Source: Bilabrum cf. latius
Lineage: Eukaryota
Assembly: GCA_965178125.1 (NCBI GenBank)
Contig: OZ237745.1
Location: forward strand, 1-64,000
DNA: 64,000 nucleotides
Reading direction: 5' to 3'
A model generated the notes under the pieces. That model was not told the origin of the DNA, did no database searches, and was given only the letters and a program-made list of their open reading frames with translations. Made by a program: the position numbers and the translations under genes. Each line of letters starts with the position of its first letter. Position 1 is the first letter of the stretch. Of the stretch, positions 1 through 13,966 are shown one piece after another.

Positions 1-3000
1 CCACCCTTATGGTATCCGGCACTCCGCCCAGCGGGAGCGACCCTAGCCTGAACCGTCCGTCGTCATCCTAGCCGGTAAGACACAGCGCTAGCGGAAATGG
101 CACACCAGGGGTGTTCACCGGAATCGCCGTCCCATGCGGAAACTTCTCGTTCTTGCCTCCTCTCACCATGGCCGCAAATGCACCAATTGCCGCCAAGGGA
201 ACGTCCTCGTACGCCTTCTGGAGCGCGGAGACCATGTCCTCGAGCGTTACTCCCAGGTTTCTCATGGTCTCGTGCATCAGCGAGGCTGGAGCTCCCAGTA
301 AGGTGGCCGCTTTGGCCTGCTGCTCAATGCTCTGCGTCAGAGCCACGGTATTCTCGAGCTGCATGACCACCTCGGACGCAAGCCTCCCTGGGCTGATTCG
401 CACTACAGCAGTCAGTAGAGGGCCTGGTGCGTTGATCAGCACGGCAGACACCAAGGCCGGGTGCAGCATTCGACCAATGACCCGGCCGAGCTCCACGCAG
501 GGATCGTCACTGCCGCTCTGCAGGAACGACCTCAGATCCAGCAAGGCGCAGTCCTTGGGAGACTCAGTCCCAGCGGCGAATCCGACAACGTGGCGCCGGC
601 TGTCAGCCCGTGTTACCGCGAGTGGTCGCTACCCCGTGCAGGCAATGAGCGAGGCCGACTGCACACCCACCACGATGAGTGACGCTACGCCGTGCAGCAG
701 CTTCGGAAGCACCTCTGGAGAGCGGGCCTCCGGATCCGTGATCTCCCTCACCCCGCCCCTGGTCACAACCTGAAGCACCATAGCCAGAGTTGCCTGGGCT
801 ACGCGGCACTGGCCGTTCCAGTTGCGTGGATCCTTCTCCACCGTTCGCCGTCGGTCCGCAATGGTGCCATCCGCCACATGCCAGATGGCCTGCCGCAGTC
901 TGGCCTCGGGACGCGGAAGGACGGACTCCATGATGGACCGGGTCATGGCTTGCCCAGTCTGGGTGGGGGCCACCATCTGCGACACATCCAGCGCAAGCAT
1001 GCGCAGCTCCCCTGCGACTGCCTGCTGAACAGCTAAACCGTCCGACACCTGCTCAGCCGCCATAGCCTTTATCTCGATACTGGCCGCCGTAGCCATGGCC
1101 CCTCGGACCGCCTCCTCCAAGTCCCGCGTGACGGCATGCGCCACCTCCCGCTGCACCATGGCAGCAACTGTGTCAAAGAAGGGCGCTCGAACTGTCGACG
1201 TTCCTTCCGCCAGGGCATCCACGAGACTGGCGTGTCCGTCCTCAAGTCCCAGCGCCATTGCTAGTCCCATCAGAAGACCGGGCCCTGCCATGCTGAATTC
1301 GACGCGAAGCGATGCTCGAGCGTCACCTATAGCCTGCAACCTGCGACACGCGATCTCGGTGGCCTCGTCGTGCGCAACCCTTGCCATGGTGGCCGCAGCA
1401 GCCCGCCCCACCTTTGGAACCTGCTGCCTGCATCGCTCCAGCTCACCATACAGCCGAGACCCAAGCCGTTGGTGACTGTCGCCGCTGAGCCTCGTGGAGC
1501 GGAACGCCTGCTCGACGTACATCTGCACCCCGTGAGATACGCTCAGCATCGCGGGCAAGAGCTTACGAACAAACTCGTCGTCCCGCTCGCGGGTGGCCTG
1601 CGATACCAGCTCAGCCACGTGCTGAAAGTCATGCTTAGTCATGGCAGCTTGCGTATCGCCTCTGGCACGAGCCCTGAACTGCACACTGCCCAGAGATGGG
1701 CTCATGAGCAGGCAGTTCACGTTCTCTTCATCCACTTGCATTGGGAAGACGAACTAGCTCCCCACCTGTCCGAAGCCCGGTACGGAGGAGATGTCGGCCA
1801 CGGCATCACCCGCAAGTGCCATGGCATGACGCAGGCCCAGCACGCTCGGAAACGCAGCGTGCATGTCGCCGCCACCTGCCATGAAGCCCAGGTCCATGGA
1901 GAGCAACACGGGGTCCTGGCACTGGATCTCTGGTCGATGTTGCCCGAGCTCCGTCGCCATGCGGATGGCGTCCCTCCCGGCGGCAAGAGGGTCGACAAAC
2001 ACTACAGGGTGCCCGCCGTGGTCCGGAGGGTCCTCCTCAGGCTCACCAGCGGCCGGAGCCTGTCGCAGCATCAGGGATCGCATCACAGCAACCGCCGCCT
2101 GGTTCTGGCCCCCGACGACCAGGATTCGGTAGATCGAGCACGCCAGGACCCCTTGGATCTTCAGTCCGTCAGGATATCTCAGCCTGTGGGGCAGATGGCT
2201 GACCTGGGTGGGATGCAGGGCCGCGTCCTCGCTCAGAACCCGGAGCACTTCGCACAGGAAGTACCCGGGCCTGATGCGATGCCCGCCATCAGGCTCAGCA
2301 GTCCCACGCACGCCCATGTGACGGTCTCCAGGACTCAAAGTCTCGGTGTGGGTGCTTCCGCGAGAGACACCGACGGGCGAGTCGGTTGCTACAATCGCGT
2401 ACGATGCGGAGAGTCCCTGCGCCGTCGTGGCAGTCCTCGGGGTCGACTGCACCATGAACTCGGGCCCGCGGTACCCCTCCTTCTCTCTCACGTAGTTGAT
2501 GGCACCTGCGATGCCAATCAGGAGCGACTGCACGGCCTGGTCGAACGGCGTTCCAACGAGGCGCATTCCCTCCAGTCGCCGGATGTTCCAGCGCCTCGCG
2601 AGTGTGCGCAAGGAGGCCTGCTCTTCCTCAGACCCTGCGTGAGCAACGCCAAACACCCGAGCCACACCGCCCTCCGGTAGCACGACTCGCACCTCAGCCG
2701 CCCCCGCCAGGAGGACAGAGACCGAGACGTCGCCAGATCCGACCCCGCGCTGTTTGGGCATCATCGTGAGGTACTTGCGGAGCGTGGCACGTGCGGATTT
2801 CACGGCCCTGGCATTGCCTCGCACTGTGCCGGTGCTTCCCTCCAGGATCGCTTCAGCTTCCTCTAGCACCCCAACCTCCTCGCTGCTCTGGTGGAAGCGA
2901 CGAGCTGCACTTCGAACGTCCGATGTCAGGGATTGGACGGTCACGTGGTCCCCTGCTGGTGCAGGGAGAGCGTGATGGATGCGGTGCAGCCGCAGCGGCT

Positions 3001-5320
3001 CCGAATCCACACCCATGTTCTGGATCCCCATCGGTCCAAGGTACGCGACGTCGATGCGGGGTGAGTAGTACGCGCCGTGACTCCTCGGCGTGCCGGGATT
3101 GTCCCGCTCCTACGTGGGGATGTGCCGGTTGAAGACGATGCTGTAGCCGAGCCGGGGCCTGGATGAGCCGCTCGTGTCCACCTCGGTGCGCTGGTGCTGC
3201 TGCGTGGCCGACTGCACCCTGATCTGCCCCCCGTCCCTCTGCAGACCCCTGCGCCCGCAGAGGACCCCATCCTGCGTCGCCGAGTCGGCTCCAATCAGCA
3301 CGTCGATGAGGCCGTAGGCTTGGTCCAGCGGCTCGTCCAGCAGGAGCCGTGACACCGGCCCCCCAAGCGCCAGCATGAACGGGCTGGTCTGCACCTCCTG
3401 GGAGGCTCCGGCGCCGGATAGGATCCCGACCACCTCCATGGCGTCGACATCGGAGAGCTCAGAGCGGACCGCCACGGGGGCCGCCATGCCGTCTGGTGGG
3501 TTCCGCAGCACATCCGGGGCGGCCTCCTGCTCCTCTTCAGGCTCGCCTTCCAGCTCGGCATCCGCAGCTCCGAAAGCCTCCGCGGCAGGATCTCCACCAT
3601 CCGCTTCCTCGTCGCCACCTTGGTCTCCGTCCGAGTCCCACTGGCCTTCCCCACCCCACTCGCCTTCCCCAGCCTCATACCCGGCATCTTCGTCGCCCTC
3701 TGCATGCTCCTCCGCCCCAGCCGGCTGCGCCGCCGGCCCCTCCTCCATCTCGTCCTCGTCCTCGTCCTCGTACATGAACGCTGGAGGCTGCTCGGAGAGC
3801 CCGACCGCGTCAAAGACCGTCTCGTCCACGCGGTTGTACTCGATGTAGTGATCCCACTCCGTGCGGAGCGGAGAGAGCTTGTGGCTGTGCAGCCCGGGCT
3901 CCGCCAGCATCGGAGACGGCCAGAAGCTGACCGCCACCGAAGCCAGCTTGCTCCGAATGAAGGCAGCCCCTTCCTCGTTCAGGTCTTCGCTCTCCAGCAT
4001 CTTGGTGATGTCAGTCCAGCCAACGAGCTGCACGAGAAAGCGGCCGCGCCTCTGCGCGCGCTGCTCCACGCCGGCAGCATCAGTCTCGGCATGCAGGAGG
4101 CTGTCCACGACGACAACGGCGCGCCTCTGGTACGCCCACCAGCGCCGCATGCCTTGCATGGTCACCGTCTCCATCACTGGAGGTGCGAGCGCCCTCCACA
4201 CCTCGGGAGGCAGCTCCTGCCTGCCAACGCAGGTCAGCAGGCCCTGCAGGGCCTGCACCGCCTCGTCGTCCACCTCCCATATGTGGTAGGCCAGCATGGG
4301 GTGCTGCGCGAGGTCGTCTGTCGCCTCGTGCATGCCGAACCGGTACTCGGGCGGGAGGTTGACGGCCAGGGCCTCCTCTCCCTGCGCTCCCCCAGGGTCG
4401 CCGACGACCAGGTTCCATGCCTGCACGGGTGGTGCACCGACCTCCCCTCCGGCGTCTGGGCCTGCGCCACCGCCTTGGGCGCCGGCTGCCTCTGCACCGG
4501 CAGCGAACACGACTCCAGGGACGGGCAGCTCGGGCGCTCCTCCCTCTGCCCCGAAGAGCGGCTGCTGGCCCTGAGCATCCCAGACCATGGCCTGCCGAGC
4601 TGCCAGGGTGGCCGCGTGGGCGGCTTGGCGCCCGAGGAAGATGGCCTGGACCGCTTCTGGGGGCTCGTCGTTGCCCATCGCGTCCTCCCCTGCGCCGACC
4701 CCGGCCAGGACGGGCACCTCGGCGAGAGGCACGGGCCCAGGGACGAGTTGGTGCTGGGCAGCCTGGGCAGCTGGCTGCTGCTCGGCTGCTGGAGGGGCCG
4801 GACCGACGCCGGCTGGCCCACCTGCAGGCTCCTGCTGGGGCTCCGGGATCGGGAGGAAGGCGTCGGCCTCGCCAGCTGGCGGCTCGGGCTGCAGGCCTCC
4901 TGGGACCGGCAGGTTGGCACCCGGACCAGCCGGGTGCTGGGGCGGGGCGGCGGGCATCGCCTGCTGGCCAGCAGCAAGAGCTGCACCCGGTGGTGGTTGT
5001 TGGACGCCCTCTTGCTGCTGGAGCTGGTGCTCCGGAGCATGCTCGCCAATGGCTGGGACGGGGGCCGGCAGGCCTGCCGCATCGCCCCCCCCGGCTTCAT
5101 GACCGCCTGGCGCTGGCACCACCTGGGCCGGGATCTGGGCTTGCACCTCGCCGGCCGGCGGGCCAGGCAGGGCGTCACCTCCTGGTTGAAGTGGCCCTGG
5201 TACTCCGATGCGCACGCGATGCGGGTTCTGAGCGTAGCCCTTCGCGCGGCGGTCCAGGAAGGCCCGGAGGTAGTCCAAAGCCTTCATGTGCTTGGTGGCG
5301 TCGTACGTCGACTGCGCCAT
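1..5320 (-). CDS. Large unrecognised protein, >1,770 aa, running off the left edge; intronless; P/A/Q/G-rich and acidic N-terminal half
   Basis: Track ORFs 3110-5320, 1754-3031, 629-1741 and 68-544 share one frame and are separated only by TAG (3110, 1754, 629, 68). The frame stays open to position 1 with no TAA/TGA. No domain recognised. Confidence 0.75.
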
Positions 5321-5935
5321 GACCAGACTGCGGACAGAGATGCCACAAGGATATATAATATAGTTGGGATGTGATTAGTATGATGGTACGATGCGTTATT
5401 CCCTGGTGGCGCACTCGTCACGGCGGTGCCGCGCATCAGGTTCCGCACATGCTCCCGTCCACCAGAATTATTGTCGGAGTACTCCGCAATCAAGCAAAGT
5501 GAGCATTCGGCGCGCAGCCTACGCATCGCCGGGTAATTGTTTGCAGTATGTTATGATATTTGATAATATGCGCGAGATTAGTTCCAACGATTGCTAGCCG
5601 TCGCGCAATTGAGGAAAACGTCTGCAGCACGTTGTGGCAAGCGCATCGCGCATCGCACTCCCCAGGCATACCCCATCGATTTGACTCACGTTTGCTTCAG
5701 GTTTGTATGCACAATATGCTATAGTAGCTATATGCCAAGTATGCGCCTCTGCAATTAAATACAAGGAGCGCAAAATGAGTGATTCTAATTCAGCGCTGCT
5801 GGTTGGGTGAATGAGCAGATTTCGGGATGACGAGTACAAGTTGTGTGCACCTACGTGTCTCGCGCCTGTGATCCCTGCCGCGTTCAAACGCCTGTTTGTG
5901 GCTTAATCCGTGTTCCCTTGGCACCACAGAGTACT
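5321..5935. promoter_or_regulatory. Putative bidirectional promoter of the distal gene pair
   Basis: AT-richer gap between two divergent start codons; no specific motif identified. Confidence 0.35.
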
Positions 5936-6567
5936 ATGGCCGCCGCAAAGAGCTACAGTGTCAAGCACACCAGCAAGTCTCGCCCCGTCGTGGCCGCCCT
6001 GGCTTCAGGTGTCGCCACGTCCGCGGCCAAGCAGGTCCTGCTGATCTCCCTCGTGGGCCTCCACCAAGACTGTGGGCTGCTCTGCGGGTCTACGGAACAC
6101 TACGAAGGGACCAAAAAGGCGGGCATCAAGGCCTGTGTGGATGCCATCCTGGCGCTGGATGAGTTTGAGGTGCCTTTTGGTGTGCTCACGGCGCTGAGCA
6201 GCCACCTGTGCCCAGACGCATCAGGCAGCAGCTCCGACTGGCCAGGTTTCAGGAAGATGAAGCAGCTACTTACGGGCCTCCGCGACAGCGGCTATTCCGC
6301 CACGATTAACCCGTGGTTTAAGGCAGGCATGGATGGCCTGCAGAGACGCCACAAGGCCGTGCTCAAGTTCGTGTCCGACTACGGAGCTAAAAAAGGCTCT
6401 GTACGTGCGTGCGGAGGCATGGAGGCTGTGTTCATAGAGATGTTCGACATGGCAGTCAAGGACTCTGCCGTGGCTTCAGCAGGAGATCAAGGTGGTTCTT
6501 CGGGAGCCGCTGCTACCTCGATGAGTGGGGCACCCCGTGCTCGAAAAGACAAACGGAGTGCCATGGA

Positions 6568-6601
<34 letters not shown>

Positions 6602-7498
6602 GACGAGGACGAGGACGACCCTGACAACAATGTGAGGGGCTAGAGGGCCTACAAGGCCCGGAGAGCCCGGGGCGGGCCAGAGTCAGACGGCTCAGAGTCC
6701 AGCGACTCATTGACCGAGCGACTGAACAACGAGCTTCTAAGAGCCAAGCGGAAAGAGGAGGCCAAGAGAAAGGAAAAGGCAAAGGCCAAACTCAAGGCCA
6801 GGACCAAGGCCGCGGGCAAGTCGACGGGCAAGGTGCAGGGCAAGGTGAGGGCCAGGGATGCGCACCTGGCAGAACCGTAGAGCAAGAAGGCGGCTGACGC
6901 CGCGCCTCGGGCACAGAGGCAACCCAAGCGATCGACCGTCTTCCAAGCAGGCTATGGCAAGGGAGGTCGCCGCACTGTTGAACAAGAGAAGAGGGGAGCA
7001 AGTGGCGCAAGGAGTGGAGCAGCAGCATCATTGCCTCGCCAGGACACTGACGAGGATGAAGAGGAGATCGGTGGTCGGTACCGCGCAGAAGCAGCCGGAG
7101 ATCTGGACGAGGATGAGGCTCCAATGGGGCTTATGCAGCAGGACGAGGAGGATGAGGAGCAGCTGGACGAGGAAGAAGAGAACGAGGGCCACAACCAGCA
7201 GGACGACTCTGACCACAACGGTGGAATGGAGGACACCGGCTTCACCCCCTAGCAGCGGAACCTGATGAACCGCATCCTCGCTGCCTGCGATGACACCGCG
7301 TTGGACTGCAGCCAGACTGTCGAAGAGATGGTCGAGAACGTGCAAGAAGGCATTGAAAAGAGGGACCACGGGTTGGGCACGCTCGCAGACCTGATGACGG
7401 CCCTCGAGAAGACGGTGGAAGGAGATTTCAATGCGGAAGACGTCGACGCTGTGGAGGCGCTCCTGGCAGCTGTCGGAGCGGGATCCGATGATGGGTAA
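5936..7498 (+). CDS. Unrecognised ~520-aa protein with poly-Asp, Lys/Arg-rich and Glu/Asp-rich tracts
   Basis: ATG 5936; one frame with TAG at 6641, 6878 and 7250; ends TAA 7496-7498. A (GAC)n run encodes the poly-Asp. Divergent from the large ORF across an AT-richer gap. Confidence 0.7.
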
Positions 7499-7739
7499 GA
7501 AGCAGCTAGCGGGATGGCAATGGAGGTCAGTAGCAGCTAGACCAGCTTGTGAGAGGAGTTTGCCAATGTGCCGGCTAGTGACCTGTTAGGACGCAATAGT
7601 AGGAACCAACGGCCATTCTACCATAACAAGCCTAATATCAAGGCACTCCATCACGCAAGGGAATAAACACTTACACGTAAGTAACTGAAAAGAGCCATGT
7701 AATTGAATATCGGTCGTATCCCGCTGAAATCTCAACACC

Positions 7740-10700
7740 TTTGTACGATCCCCATGTAGCTTTGCTAGACCCCCATGTAGCATGCCATACCTCCATGTAG
7801 CCATGCACACACCCATACACATTTGCACGACCTCCATGTAGACATGCACACACCCCATGTAGCCATGCACACACCCCATGTAGCATGCCATTCCGCCCAT
7901 GTAGCCATGCACATACCCCCATACACATTTGCACGATCTACATGTAGCCATGCACACACCCAATGTAGCCATGCACACACCCCATGTAGCCATGCACACA
8001 CCCCATGTAGGATGCCATTCCGCCCATGTAGCCATGCACATACCCCCATACACATCTGCAAGATCCTCATGTAGCCATGCACACACCCCATGTAGCTTTG
8101 CACACACCCCATGTAAGTTTGCACGATCCCCATGTAGCATGCCATACCGCCCATGTAGCCATGCACATACCCCCATACACATTTGCACGATCTCCATGTA
8201 GCCATGCACACACCCAATGTAGCCATGCACACACCCAATGTAGCTTTGCACACACCCCATGTAAGTTTGCACGATCCCCATGTAGCATGCCATACCGCCC
8301 ATGTAGCCATGCACATACCCCCATACACATTTGCACGATCTACATGTAGCCATGCACACACCCAATGTAGCCATGCACACACCCCATGTAGCCATGCACA
8401 CACCCCATGTAGGATGCCATTCCGCCCATGTAGCCATGCACATACCCCCATACACATCTGCAAGATCCTCATGTAGCCATGCACACACCCCATGTAGCTT
8501 TGCACACACCCCATGTAAGTTTGCACGATCCCCATGTAGCATGCCATACCGCCCATGTAGCCATGCACATACCCCCATACACATTTGCACGATCTCCATG
8601 TAGCCATGCACACACCCCATGTAGCCATGCACACACCCATACACATTTGCACGACCTCCATGTAGACATGCACACACCCCATGTAGCCATGCACACACCC
8701 CATGTAGCATGCCATACCGCCCATGTAGCCATGCACATACCCCCATACACATTTGCACGATCTACATGTAGCCATGCACACACCCAATGTAGCCATGCAC
8801 ACACCCCATGTAGCCATGCACACACCCCATGTAGCATGCCATACCGCCCATGTAGCCATGCACATACCCCCATACACATTTGCACGATCTACATGTAGCC
8901 ATGCACACACCCAATGTAGCCATGCACACACCCCATGTAGCCATGCACACACCCCATGTAGGATGCCATTCCGCCCATGTAGCCATGCACATAGCCCCAT
9001 ACACATTTGCACGATCCTCATGTACCCATGCACACACCCCATGTAGCCATGCACACACCCCACACACATTTGCAAGATCTCCATGTAGCCATGCACAGAC
9101 CCCATGTAGCATGCCATACCTCCATTGTAGCCATGCACACACCCCATGTAGCCATGCACACACCCCATGTAGCCATGCACATACCCCCATACACATTTGC
9201 ACGATCTCCATGTAGCCATGCACACACACCATGTAGCCATGCACACACCCCATGTAGCATGACATACCGCCCATGTAGCCATGCACATACCCCCATACAC
9301 ATTTGCAAGATCTCCATGTAGCCATGCACACACACCATGTAGCATGCCATACCTCCATTGTAGCCATGCACACACCCCATGTAGCATGACATACCGCCCA
9401 TGTAGCCATACACACACCTCACATACACATTTGCACGATCTCCATGTAGCCATGCACACACACCATGTAGCCATGCACACACCCCATGTAGCATGACATA
9501 CCGCCCATGTAGCCATGCACATACCCCCATACACATTTGCAAGATCTCCATGTAGCCATGCACACACACCATGTAGCATGCCATACCTCCATTGTAGCCA
9601 TGCACACACCCCATGTAGCATGACATACCGCCCATGTAGCCATACACACACCTCACATACACATTTGCACGATCTCCATGTAGCCATGCACACACCCAAT
9701 GTAGCCATACACAGACACCATGTAGCATGCCATACCTCCATTGTAGCCATGCACACACCCCATGTAGCCATGCACACACCCCATGTAGCCATGCACATAC
9801 CCCCATACACATTTGCACGATCTCCATGTAGCCATGCACACACACCATGTAGCCATGCACACACCCCATGTAGCATGACATACCGCCCATGTAGCCATGC
9901 ACATACCCCCATACACATTTGCAAGATCTCCATGTAGCCATGCACACACACCATGTAGCATGCCATACCTCCATTGTAGCCATGCACACACCCCATGTAG
10001 CATGACATACCGCCCATGTAGCCATACACACACCTCACATACACATTTGCACGATCTCCATGTAGCGATGCACACACACCATGTAGCCATACACAGACCC
10101 CATGTAGCATGATATACCGCTCATGTAGCCATGCACATACCCCCATACACATTTGCAAGACCTCCATGTAGCCATGCACACACCCCATGTAGCATGCCAT
10201 ACCGCCCATGTAGCCATACACACACCTCACATACACATTTGCACGATCTCCATGTAGCCATGCACACACACCATGTAGCCATACACAGACCCCATGTAGC
10301 ATGATATACCGCTCATGTAGCCATGCACATACCCCCATACACATTTGCAAGACCTCCATGTAGACATGCACACACCCCATGTAGCATGCCATTCCGCTCA
10401 TGTAGCCATGCACATACCCCCATACACATTTGCAAGATCTCCATGTAGCCATGCACACACACCATGTAGCATGCCATACCTCCATTGTAGCCATGCACAC
10501 ACCCCATGTAGCATGACATACCGCCCATGTAGCCATGCACATACCCCCATACACATTTGCAAGATCTCCATGTAGCCATGCACACACACCATGTAGCATG
10601 CCATACCTCCATTGTAGCCATGCACACACCCCATGTAGCATGACATACCGCCCATGTAGCCATACACACACCTCACATACACATTTGCACGATCTCCATG

Positions 10701-11735
10701 TAGCGATGCACACACACCATGTAGCCATACACAGACCCCATGTAGCATGATATACCGCTCATGTAGCCATGCACATACCCCCATACACATTTGCAAGACC
10801 TCCATGTAGCCATGCACACACCCCATGTAGCATGCCATACCGCCCATGTAGCCATACACACACCTCACATACACATTTGCACGATCTCCATGTAGCCATG
10901 CACACACACCATGTAGCCATACACAGACCCCATGTAGCATGATATACCGCTCATGTAGCCATGCACATACCCCCATACACAATTGCAAGACCTCCATGTA
11001 GCCATGCACAGACCCCATGTAGCATGCCATTCCGCTCATGTAGCCATGCACATACCCCCATACACATTTGCAAGACCTCCATGTAGCCATGCACACACCC
11101 CATGTAGCATGACATACCTCCATTGTAGCCATGCACATACCCCCATACACATTTGCAAGATCTCCATGTAGCCATGCACAGACCCCATGTAGGATGCCAT
11201 TCCGCTCATGTAGCCATGCACATACCCCCATACACATTTGCAAGATCTCCATGTAGCCATGCACACACACCATGTAGCATGCCATACCTCCATTGTAGCC
11301 ATGCACACACCCCATGTAGCATGACATACCGCCCATGTAGCCATGCACATACCCCCATACACATTTACAAGATCTCCATGTAGCCATGCACACACCCCAT
11401 GTAGCATGCCATACCGCCCATGTAGCCATACACACTCCTCACATACACATTTGCACGATCTCCATGTAGCCATGCACACACCCCATGTAGCCATACACAG
11501 ACCCCATGTAGCATGCCATACCGCCCATGTAGCCATGCACATACCCCCATACACATTTGCACGATCTCCATGTAGCCATGCACACACCCAATGTAGCCAT
11601 ACACAGACCCCATGTAGCATGACATACCGCCCATGTAGGCATGCACATACCCCCATACACATTTGCAAGATCCTCATGTAGCCATGCACAAACTCAATGT
11701 TACCATGCTAAAACCCCAAGCAGCATGACATTCCG
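7740..11735. repeat. ~4-kb complex minisatellite built on a CATGTAGC core (~21- and ~43-bp subunits, higher-order periods)
   Basis: Recurring subunits CATGTAGCCATGCACACACCC, CATGTAGCATGCCATACCGCC and CATGTAGCCATGCACATACCCCCATACACATTTGCACGATCTC. Identical ORF-track translations recur at offsets of 127, 234, 402 and 638 bp. Confidence 0.95.
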
Positions 11736-13089
11736 CATCGTATAGCACGCACATCCTGTCTGTGGGCCGAGAAATCGGCGTTCTCCGTATAGCTAGGGTT
11801 ACGAAAGTGGCATATTTGGGTGTTTAATGGTCCATATCTCAGCCGATACTGGTCGTTGATGGCTGCGGCTTCGTCATAGCCGGGTCACGACTGCTTTCGC
11901 GTCGGTTACTTTTCGAACTCGGAGTCGAATTTCACACCCCTTCCTGCCCTCACTGTGCCCTCGGACTGTATCATGGAGGTGCTCCAGACCCACAGGCATG
12001 TGCTGCGACGCAGTTTGACCACCAGCATGCGTCACGGCGAATGGTAGAGTCAGAGACCTGAGATCTATGTGTTCCAGGATATGTGATCTCGGATTGCCGA
12101 AGTAGCCCGGCGTGGCATTTTTATAGAATGCATATTCAAACGCACCCATGCCGCATCTGGGTGCTGAGCTATCGCGGCTTGCGCAAATGTTTGGGCTAGC
12201 CCGAATCTTTGATCCATGTTTTCTCAGCCCGGAAATATGTCCAATGCCTTACACCTTCCACATGATGTCTACGCACCTCTGTTCCCTGGAATTACTCGGA
12301 GTTTCATAATTTTCAACCAAGTCTCACTCTTACCGGTCTGTGACATGCACCCTATTCCTAGCCTTGCCCCTTTGTGGGGGAGTTGCAAATTCGATTTGCT
12401 GATTCATGAGTTTGTATTATTGCACTGTATCATTTACGGTACTTGGTTTTCTGACATGATTAAAAAATCCACCCAATTTTCGGGGCCAAGCTCCTCTCGC
12501 CGGTATATGACATACACCCTATTCCTAGCCTTGCCCCTCTGTGGGGGAGTTGCAAATTCGATTTGCTGATTCATGAGTTTGCATTATTGCACTGTATCAT
12601 TTACGGTACTTGGTTTTCTGACATGATTAAAAAATCCACCCAATTTTCGGGGCCAAGCTCCTCTCGCCGGTATATGACATACACCCTATTCCTAGCCTTG
12701 CCCCTCTGTGGGGGAGTTGCAAATTCGATTTGCTGATTCATGAGTTTGTATTATTGCACTGTATCATTTACGGTACTTGGTTTTCTGACATTAATGAAGA
12801 TCGCCAGTCACCCAGTCACTGTGGGCGTGGCGCCGACCAGATGAGCACTTACTTGTATTGCTCGATTGCTCGAGAGCTGTGTGCCAGCCATTCTCCAAAC
12901 TTCGCACACATGACACATGATGATGACTCAAAGTGCGAATGAACGGCTGAAATCAAGAAATCTCATTTACAGCTAATGAACGCCCCTTAGGAAAACCTCT
13001 TACCTAACCCGAACCCATGTACGTATGCAAACCCAACCATGTAGGTGTGCAAACCCCATACTTGCAATGCTTGATGTAATAGAATCACG
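11733..13089. repeat. Block B, copy 1, containing ~2.7 copies of a 167-bp tandem unit (~12345-12790)
   Basis: Near-identical to 15144-16500 (offset 3411). The unit starting CACCCTATTCCTAGCCTTGCCCC recurs every 167 bp. Confidence 0.92.
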
Positions 13090-13966
13090 GGGAATATTTG
13101 CCCCCAGTTGTGGTCCCCGGCCGTCCCGATGCAGTTTGAACGGTCTTCATATCTCATCTGGTTGCCGAGATCGCCGCGCGCATTTTTTCTGCCTGACAAT
13201 CTTCGTCCAGCCATATTGTCGCCGCGCGGTATAAACGGAACCTGGGGAACATTTGCCCCCAGTTGTGGTCCCAGGCCGTCCCAATGCAGTATGAACGGTC
13301 TTCATATCTCATCTGGTTGCCGAGATCGCCGCGCGCATTTTCTCTGCCTGAAAATCTTCATCCCCCCATACTGTCGCCGCGCGGTCAAAACGGAACCTGG
13401 GGAACATTTGCCCCCTGTTGTGGTCCCAGGCCGTCCCAATGCAGTTTGAACGGTCTTCATATCTCATCTGGTTGCCGAGATCGCCGCGCGCATTTTTTCT
13501 GCCTGAAAATCTTCGTCCCACCATATTGTCGCCGCGCGGTCAAAATGGAACCTGGGGAACATTTGCCCCCAGTTGTGGTCCCCGGCCGTCCCAATGCAGT
13601 ATGAACGGTCTTCATATCTCATCTGGTTGCCGAGATCGCCGCGCGCATTTTTTCTGCCTGAAAATCTTCGTCCCCCCATACTGTCGCCGCGCGGTCAAAA
13701 CGGAACCTGGGGAACATTTGCCCCCTGTTGTGGTCCCAGGCCGTCCCGATGCAGTATGAACGGTCTTCATATCTCATCTGGTTGCCGAGATCGTCGCGCG
13801 CATTTTTTCTGCATGACAATCTTCGTCCCACCATATTATCGCCGCGCGGTCAAAACGGAACCTGGGGAACATTTGCCCCCTGTTGTGGTCCCAGGCCGTC
13901 CCGATGCAGTTTGAACGGTCTTCATATCTCATCTGGTTGCCGAGATCGCCGCGCGCATTTTTTCTG
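13090..13966. repeat. 155-bp tandem satellite, ~5.7 copies
   Basis: Unit GGGGAACATTTGCCCCCAGTTGTGGTCCCAGG... with 155-bp period (track ORFs at 13108, 13263, 13418, 13573, 13728). Confidence 0.95.

Noticed and set aside
3620-5374. Long antisense ORFs (e.g. 3620-5374, 50260-51576, 58463-59839)
   Set aside because: They are shadow frames of GC3-rich genes on the opposite strand and carry no motifs.
7586-11689. Long ORFs such as the 987-aa MATWCVC.. and the HVAMHTP repeats
   Set aside because: These are translations of the minisatellite. All frames give the same rotating peptides because subunit lengths shift the frame; there is no sign of coding constraint.
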